From Alphaproteobacteria bacterium (GTDB taxonomy: Bacteria > Pseudomonadota > Alphaproteobacteria > Rs-D84 > SZUA-605), in assembly GCA_031549385.1 (NCBI GenBank), contig JAVBPW010000001.1, forward strand, positions 128,001 to 192,000: a stretch of DNA of 64,000 nt, given 5' to 3'. The position numbers were made by a program, and so were the translations under genes. Positions 1 to 10,455 of this stretch are shown in pieces. Under the pieces are notes generated by a model. The model ran no database searches, was not told the DNA's origin, and worked only from the letters and a program-made list of their open reading frames with translations. The number at the start of each line of letters is the position of its first letter. Positions within the stretch are counted from its first letter, which is position 1.

Positions 1-1402
1 CTATGAAATCCATTATAAAGTTTCCACCATTTTTTAATTTATCAAGACCTTTATTGAATAAATCTATTCCTAGGTTGCTTAAATTATTAATCAATAAATC
101 TTCTTTATTTAGTTTTACCTTTCCTTTTATAAAATTAAACATTTCAAATGTTAGTTTTGATAATGCCATAATTATTAAAAGCATCATTAATCCCCAATTT
201 GTGTCTGGAGTTGGTAATTTTTTGTAACAATCTAATGTTTGTTTGTTTAATTTAGACATATCTATATTAGTACTCCAAGTGTCACCTTTAAGACTTGAAC
301 TTTTTATTATTTCAACACATTTATCATATTCTTGCTTAGCTTTTGATGCTTGCCTTGTATCAACTTTATTAAAATAGTCAGGGAAAAGATATGAATAATT
401 ATCTTGAGGGCCTGGAAAATATATGTCACCAACCTTCATATAAACTGCATATACAACAACAAATGCTATTGATAATGTTACCATATAGAGAGCAGCATTT
501 ATTACGGCATTAAGAGCAAAAGATTTCATCCAATCAACTGGTTTTTTAAGAGCTGTTTCAAATACCCATCCCACCAGAAGTAATGGTAAGATTATAACTG
601 GAATTAATAATGATATTAAAATATCTAACATCATAAAGGCTATATATAAAAGCAATGAGAAGAAAGCTAGGAATATCCAATAACCAGATAGAGTTGCTGT
701 TATACTCATCATACTCATTCCCATAGACATTAGCTGTCCACCACCTTGCATTCCACCCATCATAATTAATGATGTTGATGATACATAACATAAGAAGTCT
801 TTTTTCATTTCATTTGAAAATACAGAATCATCTGCCCCGCCACCTTCTGACTTATAGTTATCACACATACCTTCTGGAAGTTGTAGGATACTTTGAGAAA
901 CATAACTTCCCATTTTCATTACTGGACCTATATAACCTCTTGCTGCTAATTTTACAAAATTGATTGTTGAATTTGTAAATGCTCCTAATAATATTGTTAT
1001 TAAAACAGCTCTCCATAATCTGCCTATTATTTTGCTTAGATATTGTTTTGGAGTTGTTTCATTTACTTTTAGAATTGTTTCAAATGTATAATATATTGTC
1101 CATAATACTAATCCTATTGCTAATAATTGCATTGATGATGAGATTAAAAAGTCAAGAGCATAGTCTGCGGCTACTCTAAATACATCAAATAATTTTGCTA
1201 ATAAATCACAACCTATACATGACGATGAATTTATAACATCACATCCTGGTTGTGTTGGATCGCATCCTATTGTACTTGTTAGCCAATCAGTTACATTGCC
1301 ACCACCAGCACCTTTGTTTGTTGGGGATGCAAAAAATATTACAAGAAACGGTAGTACCGAAAATGTAAAATATTTAATAAGCATAAATATAATTTTTGCC
1401 AT
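1..1402 (-). CDS. VirB6/TrbL-like polytopic membrane protein, paralogue 4 (runs off the left edge)
   Basis: ATG at 1402 (MAKIIFMLIKY...). Signal-like N-terminus and CxxC motif (SCIGCDLL) shared with neighbouring paralogues, then hydrophobic segments. Frame spot-checked at both ends; absent from the ORF track because no stop lies in the window. Confidence 0.55.
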   Translation of the reverse strand, partial: MAKIIFMLIKYFTFSVLPFLVIFFASPTNKGAGGGNVTDWLTSTIGCDPTQPGCDVINSSSCIGCDLLAKLFDVFRVAADYALDFLISSSMQLLAIGLVLWTIYYTFETILKVNETTPKQYLSKIIGRLWRAVLITILLGAFTNSTINFVKLAARGYIGPVMKMGSYVSQSILQLPEGMCDNYKSEGGGADDSVFSNEMKKDFLCYVSSTSLIMMGGMQGGGQLMSMGMSMMSITATLSGYWIFLAFFSLLLYIAFMMLDILISLLIPVIILPLLLVGWVFETALKKPVDWMKSFALNAVINAALYMVTLSIAFVVVYAVYMKVGDIYFPGPQDNYSYLFPDYFNKVDTRQASKAKQEYDKCVEIIKSSSLKGDTWSTNIDMSKLNKQTLDCYKKLPTPDTNWGLMMLLIIMALSKLTFEMFNFIKGKVKLNKEDLLINNLSNLGIDLFNKGLDKLKNGGNFIMDFI

Positions 1403-1405
1403 CTC

Positions 1406-3205
1406 TTAAAACCATCCTTTTATTTTTCCAAAAACATTTTTAACACCACCCCAAGCTTGCTTTCCATAAGCCCTTACACCACGAGCATATCTTGGGTCTA
1501 ATCTTAAATTTGCAGCGTCTTTGAATTTAGTTTTTGTATCAAGAACATCTTTTACGCCATCAATTGCATTGTCTTCAAATTTTTTACCATAACCGCTGTC
1601 AAAATCACTTATATCTTTATCAAAGTATTTTACAAATTCATTTGTATATTTTGGTATTTGTTTTATGAAATGACTTGATATAAAACCTATGATTATTAAT
1701 TCAAATAATCCAGCTCCAAAATAGCCTAATTTTTCTGCTATTTCAGGTGTTATGTTTTCTGCATCTGGTAAAGATATAGCTTTTAACATAAGCATTATTA
1801 GCATAGTAAAGAATGCTGTAAAAATACTTATGAAACAAATTTGAACTAGACTTTTCCAAATATCTTTGAATGAAAAGAAATTTGTTTTGTAATCAATTAC
1901 CCAGAAAGCTATTGATAATGGTAAGAAGAATAGACATTTACATATTTCTATTAACGGTGAAATAAGATACATAGAAATTGCAAAAAGATTTTTTAAGAAT
2001 AAAAATATTAATATTAATCCTGGAATTATTTTGAATTTACCTAGTAAACTGAAACCTAATAAAACAGGTTCCATTAAAACTTTGAAACTGCTTTGAACTA
2101 AACACATATAGTTTTGTTTGAATGAGTTTCCTAGCATTTCAAATTCACCACCCATGTTAGAAAGATTATATGTACATGAGAAATCTTTACCCATTATTCC
2201 TTGGACTAAAATTGACGTTAGATCAAATATTGGCTTTGCAATAAATTCTATTATTTCTTTTGGAATAAAAAATGTAGTTGGAGCTGGGAGAAGGACTAAA
2301 CCTGCTATTATTAATTTTACAGCTTGCTTTACATATTTTTTATTCATATCTTTTGGGCTCATAGTAGGTCCCGTGATTCCACCATATATACCTTTGAAAA
2401 TATCCCAACCTAAAAATATTATTAGAAGGCATGCTGTCATATAAAATACAAAATCTTTTATGTTCACAAAAAACATGTACGTATATTGAGAAATAAAATT
2501 ATAAAAAGTTTCATATATAGGACAAATGAAACAACCTGATTTGAAAGTTTTAATAGCCATAAAGAAACCTTCGTTATAACATCCTGGTCTCCAATCTATT
2601 GTCTTTATATCATAGCTTCCTATTTTTAGTTGAGATTTTGACTTAGTTTCTTTTGTTGGAGCCATAACGCCTAATGTTTGACCAAATGGGGATAAAAATT
2701 GACCTCTGGAAACTGATACTGGTCTGTATGCTGAAGATAATATATTAAACTCATCAAATCCATAATCAGAACAAATATCCCATGCAATTCTTCCTCTTTT
2801 TTCAAATTGCCCTTTGTCATTTAAAAATACATTTTGAGTTGATTTATCCATTTTAATTCTTTCATCTATTATTTGACTTATAGTTGAAGAATCAATTAGC
2901 ATTCTTCTTTGGCTTGCTATTTGATGAATTTCATTTGCTATACCTGGATTTAAATCAAATGATATAAATATTGATGGATTTGTATCTTGTGGGAAAAGCT
3001 TTAAATAATCAGAATAACTTATTTTACCCATTCCTGTTTGTTTTAAATAATGAATATCATAACAAGAAAAAGATGATGAAAAGCCACTTATATCATTATT
3101 TGATAAACCTAATACATCTTGTAATTTTCCACTACAAGAAGCATGTGCATTATTAGCAAATAATACAAAAGTTAGAACAGCAAAAATTATTCTAAGCTGT
3201 TTTAT
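1406..3205 (-). CDS. VirB6/TrbL-like polytopic membrane protein, paralogue 3 (probable ATA start at 3205; ORF track starts at 3031)
   Basis: CxxC motif (GCFICPIY) followed by many TM segments. In-frame 58-codon upstream extension encodes a signal peptide. Confidence 0.55.
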   Translation of the reverse strand: MKQLRIIFAVLTFVLFANNAHASCSGKLQDVLGLSNNDISGFSSSFSCYDIHYLKQTGMGKISYSDYLKLFPQDTNPSIFISFDLNPGIANEIHQIASQRRMLIDSSTISQIIDERIKMDKSTQNVFLNDKGQFEKRGRIAWDICSDYGFDEFNILSSAYRPVSVSRGQFLSPFGQTLGVMAPTKETKSKSQLKIGSYDIKTIDWRPGCYNEGFFMAIKTFKSGCFICPIYETFYNFISQYTYMFFVNIKDFVFYMTACLLIIFLGWDIFKGIYGGITGPTMSPKDMNKKYVKQAVKLIIAGLVLLPAPTTFFIPKEIIEFIAKPIFDLTSILVQGIMGKDFSCTYNLSNMGGEFEMLGNSFKQNYMCLVQSSFKVLMEPVLLGFSLLGKFKIIPGLILIFLFLKNLFAISMYLISPLIEICKCLFFLPLSIAFWVIDYKTNFFSFKDIWKSLVQICFISIFTAFFTMLIMLMLKAISLPDAENITPEIAEKLGYFGAGLFELIIIGFISSHFIKQIPKYTNEFVKYFDKDISDFDSGYGKKFEDNAIDGVKDVLDTKTKFKDAANLRLDPRYARGVRAYGKQAWGGVKNVFGKIKGWF

Positions 3206-5046
3206 GGGTTTCCTCCTGGGGTTCTTGCGTTTCTTATACGCTCATATCTTTCTCTGAAAGATGCGCTTGTTGGTTTTGTAACCGTATCACTTATTAGTTT
3301 CTTACTTGTATTAAATTTTTTCACTGCATTATCTTTTGTTGCTATCATATCTTTATACAAAGATCCAGATGGAAGTTGAGTATTGAACATTTGACTTATC
3401 CAACCCTTCATATTGTTAAATACCCATGATATAGCAAGACCTATAAAGATAGCTTCAGCAAATGTGATATCGTTTGCAAGAGTGGTAAATAATTTATTGT
3501 CATTTAATAAATTTGCAGCTTGAATTTGCTCGAATGTTAAGTTCTTTGTTAAAAATACTTTTACTACAAGAGTATTAATTATTACAAATACTGGTAATGT
3601 TGCTAATGTATATGCTATTTTAATAAATACTTCTATTGTTTTGTCTTGAGCTGCTTTACGAGATTCTGGAAATATCCAAGCAACCCCATATAGTGGTAAG
3701 AATACTAATACTGTTATTATATCAAGTATTAAATCTAATAACATTTTTACATATTCCCATGTTATAGTCCAAAAGATATAAACTAATGCAAGTCCTGTAA
3801 AGAATTTTCCTAAACCTCCAAAACCAAATATCATTTTCATTCCTAGGATTATCATTTGACCATTAATCATTCCTATAGTTTTTAAATAATGAGCAAAATA
3901 TAAAGAAGCATTTTCAAACATAATATCTGTTTTTGTTGGAGCTGATAAAAAATCATAAGCTGTTCCAAATCCTGAAACAGATAAAATCTTTTCTCCTATA
4001 AATAATCCTATTCTTAATATTGGTTCAAAAATATAATTTACTAATTCAACCGGCGTTAATAACGAAAATATTAAATAAAAGAAAGCCATGTAAATAACAA
4101 TATTAAAACCATCGTTAAATATTTTTGGCATATTAAGAGTTCTTTCTTCTAATTCTAATTGACTGAAAACATTATAGCTTTTTAAAACTTGATAGAATAT
4201 CCAAATCATTAATAAAATTGGTAATAACACAAATGCTACATTTACAAAATAATCATATGTCTGAATAGATACATAGGTCATTGTTTTAAATAATGCTGTT
4301 ATTATAGTTCCACTTGTTAAAGCTCCTAGTAATCCACTTAAATTACCGCCTATTAAATTCCAACTATCTTGTGAACATTTTTCACTCCATTCTATTGGAT
4401 AACCAGATGTATTGTTTATTATCATTTCACCTTTTAATGTTCCATTTACCGGCTTTTCATAGTTAATTTTTATATCACCTAAAATTTGTCCAGAAAAAGA
4501 ATATATCGAAAAGTTGTTTGTATTTATAAATACAGGAGCTTTTAATTTAGGAAATATAGATGCCATTCTTTGAAGATCCCCGTTTCTTGCACATTGTATA
4601 TTAGACCCTGAAAATTCTGTATTTGTTATAATTCCATTATTTACTCGTAAACGTTGTCTTAATATATATTGATTAACCATTTCCATTGCTGCATTTGTAT
4701 CTTTTGATACTCCGGTATCTAATTTAGAAAATGTAGAAAAATAAATTATGTCTTTTATATCACCAAGACTTCTAAAATAATTTGCTGATTTAGTTTCTGT
4801 TGGAAAATATGTTTTTACTGCTTCCATTAATTTATTAGAATATTCTGATACAGACATATTTAACTGGTTCTTTATTTGATATGCTATTTCCCAACAATGA
4901 AATTGCCCTGCTTCTGCATTGTTGTTCATAAATTGATTATAACCATCAGGAGTTACAGAATAATATTTTAATTCTTCCTGAGAACAATTGCTGAATGCAG
5001 GAAATGTAAATAAGAAAGCTAAAAGGAATAAGAATAATTTCTTCAT
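3202..5046 (-). CDS. VirB6/TrbL-like polytopic membrane protein, paralogue 2
   Basis: Signal peptide, soluble N-terminal domain and multi-TM C-terminal core similar to the neighbours; tandem and translationally coupled. Confidence 0.55.
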   Translation of the reverse strand: MKKLFLFLLAFLFTFPAFSNCSQEELKYYSVTPDGYNQFMNNNAEAGQFHCWEIAYQIKNQLNMSVSEYSNKLMEAVKTYFPTETKSANYFRSLGDIKDIIYFSTFSKLDTGVSKDTNAAMEMVNQYILRQRLRVNNGIITNTEFSGSNIQCARNGDLQRMASIFPKLKAPVFINTNNFSIYSFSGQILGDIKINYEKPVNGTLKGEMIINNTSGYPIEWSEKCSQDSWNLIGGNLSGLLGALTSGTIITALFKTMTYVSIQTYDYFVNVAFVLLPILLMIWIFYQVLKSYNVFSQLELEERTLNMPKIFNDGFNIVIYMAFFYLIFSLLTPVELVNYIFEPILRIGLFIGEKILSVSGFGTAYDFLSAPTKTDIMFENASLYFAHYLKTIGMINGQMIILGMKMIFGFGGLGKFFTGLALVYIFWTITWEYVKMLLDLILDIITVLVFLPLYGVAWIFPESRKAAQDKTIEVFIKIAYTLATLPVFVIINTLVVKVFLTKNLTFEQIQAANLLNDNKLFTTLANDITFAEAIFIGLAISWVFNNMKGWISQMFNTQLPSGSLYKDMIATKDNAVKKFNTSKKLISDTVTKPTSASFRERYERIRNARTPGGNP

Positions 5047-6425
5047 TATGGCTTTCCTCTTATCATTTTTATTATTTTTCCACCATTATCTTTGAGATAT
5101 TTATAACCATCTTTTGCTTTGTCTGTTGCTGTTCCCATAACTTTCCAAGCACTATCAGCCAATCCTGTTTGAAGTTGTATTCCTAATTTACCTGCAAGAG
5201 ACGGAGCAAGCGATAATAAGAAAACACTTATCACTGGAGCAAATAATAAATAAAAGAATGATTTAGAACCTAGATAAACATTGTCTATTATGAAATCTAT
5301 ATTTTTATCACCTATTGCTTTTAAAATACTTGTATAGGAATCACCACCAAGTGATGTTGACCAAGCTGCTTGAGAAACTAAATTTACTATACTTAACATT
5401 AAACATAGAAATATCAATGTAAATACTGCATTAATTAATTGATTGATTGATGTCAAATATATCCCATTAATTCTTGGAATTGGTTCTTGTCCTCGAGTTG
5501 TTACATAACTTAAAATAGAAAACGGTAAGAATAAAAATATGAAATATAGCTGCAAGAAAACTTCCAAAATATAAAAAGCAAAACAAAATGCTGCTGCAAA
5601 ATAAGCACCTGTTATTATTGCTCCTGCTGCCATCATTTTTAAATTTGGTATAAGATAAATCCAATTATATTTTACATGCCCAGAATAAAAAAATAATGAG
5701 TTACCTACTATCAACCCAATAGAATTGATTGATTCTGCTTGTTGCGTTAAACACCCCATCTGTTTTTTTATGTCTTTGAAATAATTATATTCTGGGTCTT
5801 TGTAATTCACTACATCTTCCCAACTTTGCTTTTCAGCCATACATGACATGAAGAAATTTTCTGCATTTTTACTTCCACCTAATGCTGTTAATTTTACTCC
5901 ATATGTCATTGCTACTGATAAAGATGGATTGATAATATATTGAAATAATAATTTTGGAGTTGGAGAAGCTAATAAAATAAATGCGATTGCCATTGCAAAA
6001 ACCTTAGGTCCAAAAACTTTATATAATCTTTCTCCATTTATATCTCGCCCTTTTCCATCACCTAATGGCGTTCTGCTTAAAAAACTTGTTATAATCATCC
6101 AAAATATATAAAAAATAAATATTATTGGAATTGCCGCAATTATGTAAGGAGCAAGAGATTCATACATTCCATTACTTCCTATTATTACATAATCAAGTGT
6201 TCTTGCTACATACTTACATGTGTAACACTCTGAATACTGTTCATATAAAAATTTAAATATGTCACCACCTGCTAATGTTAAAACACTGCTCATAAAAACT
6301 GTTAATCCTGTTAGTATGCTGAATACCCATGTAGTTAATGCTATCCAAGAAGCATGAGCTGAAGTAGATACAAAAATTAAACAGCTAAAAACTATAGCTG
6401 GTAAAAAAAACTTATTTTTTTTCAT
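5046..6425 (-). CDS. VirB6/TrbL-like polytopic membrane protein, paralogue 1
   Basis: Signal peptide, CxxC (ECYTCKY), multi-TM core with PF-containing helix typical of VirB6-like proteins. Confidence 0.55.
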   Translation of the reverse strand: MKKNKFFLPAIVFSCLIFVSTSAHASWIALTTWVFSILTGLTVFMSSVLTLAGGDIFKFLYEQYSECYTCKYVARTLDYVIIGSNGMYESLAPYIIAAIPIIFIFYIFWMIITSFLSRTPLGDGKGRDINGERLYKVFGPKVFAMAIAFILLASPTPKLLFQYIINPSLSVAMTYGVKLTALGGSKNAENFFMSCMAEKQSWEDVVNYKDPEYNYFKDIKKQMGCLTQQAESINSIGLIVGNSLFFYSGHVKYNWIYLIPNLKMMAAGAIITGAYFAAAFCFAFYILEVFLQLYFIFLFLPFSILSYVTTRGQEPIPRINGIYLTSINQLINAVFTLIFLCLMLSIVNLVSQAAWSTSLGGDSYTSILKAIGDKNIDFIIDNVYLGSKSFFYLLFAPVISVFLLSLAPSLAGKLGIQLQTGLADSAWKVMGTATDKAKDGYKYLKDNGGKIIKMIRGKP

Positions 6426-6660
6426 TTTTTTTACCCTTTTTCTTTGAATCTTTTTTGAAGGAAAAAATTTTTACAAATTCTTCTTTTGTTATTTTAAAAA
6501 TTTCATTTGAAGATACGAATCCCTTCTTTTTTAAAACAATATAAGCACATAAAACAATTATTATTAGACAAACAATATAAAATAGCAAAATTTGCTTGCT
6601 AATTAGCAATAAAAATAATAATAAACCACTGAAAAACAATACTATTTGTTTATTTGTCAT
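6412..6660 (-). CDS. small membrane protein, first gene of the VirB6-like operon
   Basis: Two hydrophobic segments and a Lys-rich tail; overlaps the next gene. Confidence 0.55.
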   Translation of the reverse strand: MTNKQIVLFFSGLLLFLLLISKQILLFYIVCLIIIVLCAYIVLKKKGFVSSNEIFKITKEEFVKIFSFKKDSKKKGKKNEKK

Positions 6661-6743
6661 ATTTTTTCTTTTTACTTGACTTTTCCCCTTACTTTCAGTA
6701 TAATGGAAACGTCGAAAAAAAACAACAGAAAAAGGTAGGTAAA

Positions 6744-9455
6744 ATGACTGAACTTTTTGATCTTCATAGCAAAAAAGACTTTGATAAACAATATAAAATT
6801 GTTAAGGACTCTTTTAGTGGGTATAAATTTGATGATCCTATTATGGAAACTAACTTCCAGAAAGATTTTGATAAAGTTATAAAAGATTTGCATAATGAGA
6901 AAAAAGCTAAAACTACTGGTGGAGTATTACGAAATTTTTATAGCGATGATTTTAATTTAAAAGATCCTCGTTTTTTAAGAGCTCTTAATAGAAAAGAACC
7001 TTGGGCTTTAAAGACTGCTCGTTCTTCTTGGGCTTGGAATACAGGTAACGTAAGTAAAGCAAACTGGGGAACTGGAAACAATTTTTTTGATTGGTATTTA
7101 AAAACAGTGAAATTCGACTGGTGGCTTGACCAAGTGTTTATGTTTGTACCTAATGTTATCAATGTTGGAGCTTATCAATTTGCTAAACAAAAAAATAAAG
7201 GTGAAAACGATAAATATATTGCAGCACTTGCATATTTTAATGGTGATAAATCTAAATTAAAAGATTTATCAAACCCCGAAGTGTTTGCACAAGTTGCAAA
7301 TGACCTTGTTAATAAAAAAGGTGATAAAAGAAAAAAAGAAGAAAGACTTGCTGCTTTATACTATGTAGCAAATAGACACGGTGGAAAAAGTAAAAAAGAT
7401 TTAGATTTTAGAAAAGATATAATTTATGGAATGAACCAAAAAACTAATTTAGTTTCTGTTATGAAAGATAATGCTGAAACTATTAGAAAAGCTGGAATTA
7501 CTGATCCTAGTGTTGCAGATATTATGAGCAAATATGATCCTGTTGCAAAAAAATGGAATTTTACATCTGAAGATTTTTTAAATGCTAAGAAAAATATTCA
7601 AACTTTAAGAAAAGTTTATCCTTATAATAATCCAGAAAAATATCAGGAAAAGATTGCTCAAATATTGTTAGATGCTAACGGTGATCCTAAAAAAATTAAG
7701 AAAGGATTAAATGACTTTTTAAAGGAACATAAAGGTATTGCAACAGTTGCAAAAGATAAAAAAGGTAAGGAAGTTAAATTTAAACCAGCTGACTTAGAAC
7801 AAAGATCAGATATTGAAAAAGCTATGTATAAAAATCTTTCAAGTGGGGATTTGAAAAAGTTTTTATTCAATTTTGAATTTTCTAAATATTACTATGATAT
7901 CAGCGGAAAAGATGATGCTGGAAATGAAAGCGAAGAAATAAAAAATAAAAAACTTTGGGAATTTTATGGAAAAGTTTTAAAGGATAATGTTGGAGTTAAA
8001 GATATTACTCAAATAAAAAATCTGGACTTTGGCAAACTTAAAGGACTTGGCGGAAAGCTTGAAAAAGAAATAACAGATAAACTTCTTGCTGACCCTAATA
8101 TGAGTGAAGAAGAATATAAAAAACTTGAATTTGAAATGTCTTTAAAACTTCGTACAGTTAATTCTATATATAGTGCGTTTGGTTTAAGTGACACTTGGAA
8201 AAAAGAAAAAGATGCTGATTCTAAGAAAGAATTACAAGAAGCAGAAAAAGAAAAACAAACAGCTCTTGATGGATTAACTGCTTTTGAAAAAAACTTTAGT
8301 TCTGAACAATCCGCAAGAAGAGAATTTAATAAAAAAATATTAGATTTTGAAAAATTAAAATATGCTGGAAGCGATAATAAAAGAAAAGTATATCTAGAAG
8401 AATTAAATAAAGTTAATCAAGAAATTAGACAAAATTTAGCTATTATAGTTAATCCTGTTAATAAACTTACAAAAGAAGAAGATGATAGCTTTGACGATAA
8501 ATCATTAGATGACATCTCAAAGAAGTATAAAGAACTAATTGATGAAGCTGAGAATGAAGCAAAAATGGTTAAAGAAATTGCTGACGAAAGAGCTAAGGAT
8601 AAACCTAAACAAAATAATAATAAAATAGATGATTTACTTACTAAAGTGGATAAAAGTAGAGAACTTGTTAAAAGAAAATATGACACTTTAATAGAATTAA
8701 CTGAAAGTAAAACCGAATTTCTTAACAAAGATGTTATTAAAGCAAGAGAAATTGAAACTGATGCTACTGGAGCTCCTGTGGTTGACACAGATGGTAAACC
8801 TAAATATAAAGTTGGCACAGATGGTAAACCTGTTTATCAAACTGATACAACAGGAAATTTTGTTTATATAAAGAAATCAACTCTTGGTTTTGAAATTGAT
8901 AAAGGTAATTTAGATTTTGCTCAAGAACAAATTAATGAACAAAAAATTCAAAAAAATAAAGACGATAAAGATACAGCTGAACAAGATGATAAAGATAAAA
9001 AAGATAAGGAAAAAGCAGAAAGACAAGCTCAGATAAATCAAGAAAAACAAAATATTGCTGATCAACAAAAGCTTGAAGCTGAAAGAAAAAAGAATATAGA
9101 TGCTGAAAAGGCTCTTGCTGATAAAAAGAAACAAGATCAATTAGATATATTAGAAGCAAAGAGAAAACAAAAAGAAATTGATGAAAGAAAAAAATTGAGA
9201 AATACTTTGAGTGTAATGAAAGAAAGAACTAATGATAAGCTTGCTAAAGCTAAAGATCTTGAAGACGAAAGACAACAACTTGAAGATGATATTGCTAATA
9301 CTGATGGAAATATTACTAAGAGACAAGCTAATAAAATGCAATCTTTAGAAAAAAGTTTCAAAAAAATTACAGCAGAAATGAAAATACTAGATGAAAAAAG
9401 AACTAAATTATTTTACGAAAAAATGGCTAGAAGCAGAGGTAAAGAAAAACAATAA
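6744..9455 (+). CDS. large Lys/Glu-rich coiled-coil hypothetical protein
   Basis: Long ORF; start moved to ATG 6744 after AGGTAGG; charged heptad-like C-terminus. Confidence 0.75.
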   Translation: MTELFDLHSKKDFDKQYKIVKDSFSGYKFDDPIMETNFQKDFDKVIKDLHNEKKAKTTGGVLRNFYSDDFNLKDPRFLRALNRKEPWALKTARSSWAWNTGNVSKANWGTGNNFFDWYLKTVKFDWWLDQVFMFVPNVINVGAYQFAKQKNKGENDKYIAALAYFNGDKSKLKDLSNPEVFAQVANDLVNKKGDKRKKEERLAALYYVANRHGGKSKKDLDFRKDIIYGMNQKTNLVSVMKDNAETIRKAGITDPSVADIMSKYDPVAKKWNFTSEDFLNAKKNIQTLRKVYPYNNPEKYQEKIAQILLDANGDPKKIKKGLNDFLKEHKGIATVAKDKKGKEVKFKPADLEQRSDIEKAMYKNLSSGDLKKFLFNFEFSKYYYDISGKDDAGNESEEIKNKKLWEFYGKVLKDNVGVKDITQIKNLDFGKLKGLGGKLEKEITDKLLADPNMSEEEYKKLEFEMSLKLRTVNSIYSAFGLSDTWKKEKDADSKKELQEAEKEKQTALDGLTAFEKNFSSEQSARREFNKKILDFEKLKYAGSDNKRKVYLEELNKVNQEIRQNLAIIVNPVNKLTKEEDDSFDDKSLDDISKKYKELIDEAENEAKMVKEIADERAKDKPKQNNNKIDDLLTKVDKSRELVKRKYDTLIELTESKTEFLNKDVIKAREIETDATGAPVVDTDGKPKYKVGTDGKPVYQTDTTGNFVYIKKSTLGFEIDKGNLDFAQEQINEQKIQKNKDDKDTAEQDDKDKKDKEKAERQAQINQEKQNIADQQKLEAERKKNIDAEKALADKKKQDQLDILEAKRKQKEIDERKKLRNTLSVMKERTNDKLAKAKDLEDERQQLEDDIANTDGNITKRQANKMQSLEKSFKKITAEMKILDEKRTKLFYEKMARSRGKEKQ

Positions 9456-9474
9456 TTATTATACCGGAGGGAGA

Positions 9475-10455
9475 ATGACACAAAGAAGGATTTTTAATTT
9501 TATACTATCACTTACAATAGTTTTAGTTGCTTACTATGCTATTTTTAAACTTTTATGGAACTTTGATATTTTTAACTTTAGCCTTTGGAAAATGTTTTTC
9601 CATTACTTAAGTGTTGGAGTGACTTTATCACCTGCATTTATTGCTGTAGCATTTTCTTTTCCTTTTATATTTGTAACTTTATATCTTCTTATTTCCGGCT
9701 TTTCGTACAGAAATAATGTTGTTAAACCTGTTGAAGAAAAACAATTTAACCAAGAAATTCCTAATAACACTACTGCTGAAAGTTTTAGACCTAATATGGT
9801 TAATGGGATTGATGTTGGTTTTATTCCTGAATATAGTGCCAAACCAAATTATCAAACACCTGAAACAACCAGAATTGAGAGAGTGGAAGAAATTGCTAAT
9901 GAACAAGATGATGCTTTAAATATTTCAGAATTACTTGTAAAAACTGGATTTGAACCTTTGGAAAATCCTACTATTGAAGGGTATACTTTAAGTCATTTTG
10001 CTATTGCTGATAGAACTGTTTTATTTGGAGGATATTTTGATAATAAAAATGCTATTATAAACGAAAATAGCAATGATGAAAACACTCCACCTTCTTGGCT
10101 GAAAAATGGACAAATTATAGAATCACCTTTATATAGACTTCATGTGGCTAAAAAAATATTCATTAATCAAGCTATGGAAGTTTTAGAAAATGTCCATGTG
10201 GATTTTATAGGTGTTTTCTTCCTTGATAAAACACCTGAAAACTTATCTGATTTAACAAAAAAAGCTGAAGAGTATAATATTAAAATTGTTTGTTTAGATA
10301 ACTTACCTAATAATATTGGAAAGTATTTAACTGGCCATGAAGTTAAAAGAAATGATGATGAATACTTTAAAAAATTTGTACAATCTGTAGCTCATTACTT
10401 AGATCCTGCGTTCTTTTATGATAACTCTGATGATGACTTGGAGGAAGAGGAATAA
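9475..10455 (+). CDS. membrane-anchored hypothetical protein
   Basis: GGAGG SD before ATG 9475; two N-terminal TM segments and a soluble acidic C-terminal domain. Confidence 0.7.
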   Translation: MTQRRIFNFILSLTIVLVAYYAIFKLLWNFDIFNFSLWKMFFHYLSVGVTLSPAFIAVAFSFPFIFVTLYLLISGFSYRNNVVKPVEEKQFNQEIPNNTTAESFRPNMVNGIDVGFIPEYSAKPNYQTPETTRIERVEEIANEQDDALNISELLVKTGFEPLENPTIEGYTLSHFAIADRTVLFGGYFDNKNAIINENSNDENTPPSWLKNGQIIESPLYRLHVAKKIFINQAMEVLENVHVDFIGVFFLDKTPENLSDLTKKAEEYNIKIVCLDNLPNNIGKYLTGHEVKRNDDEYFKKFVQSVAHYLDPAFFYDNSDDDLEEEE

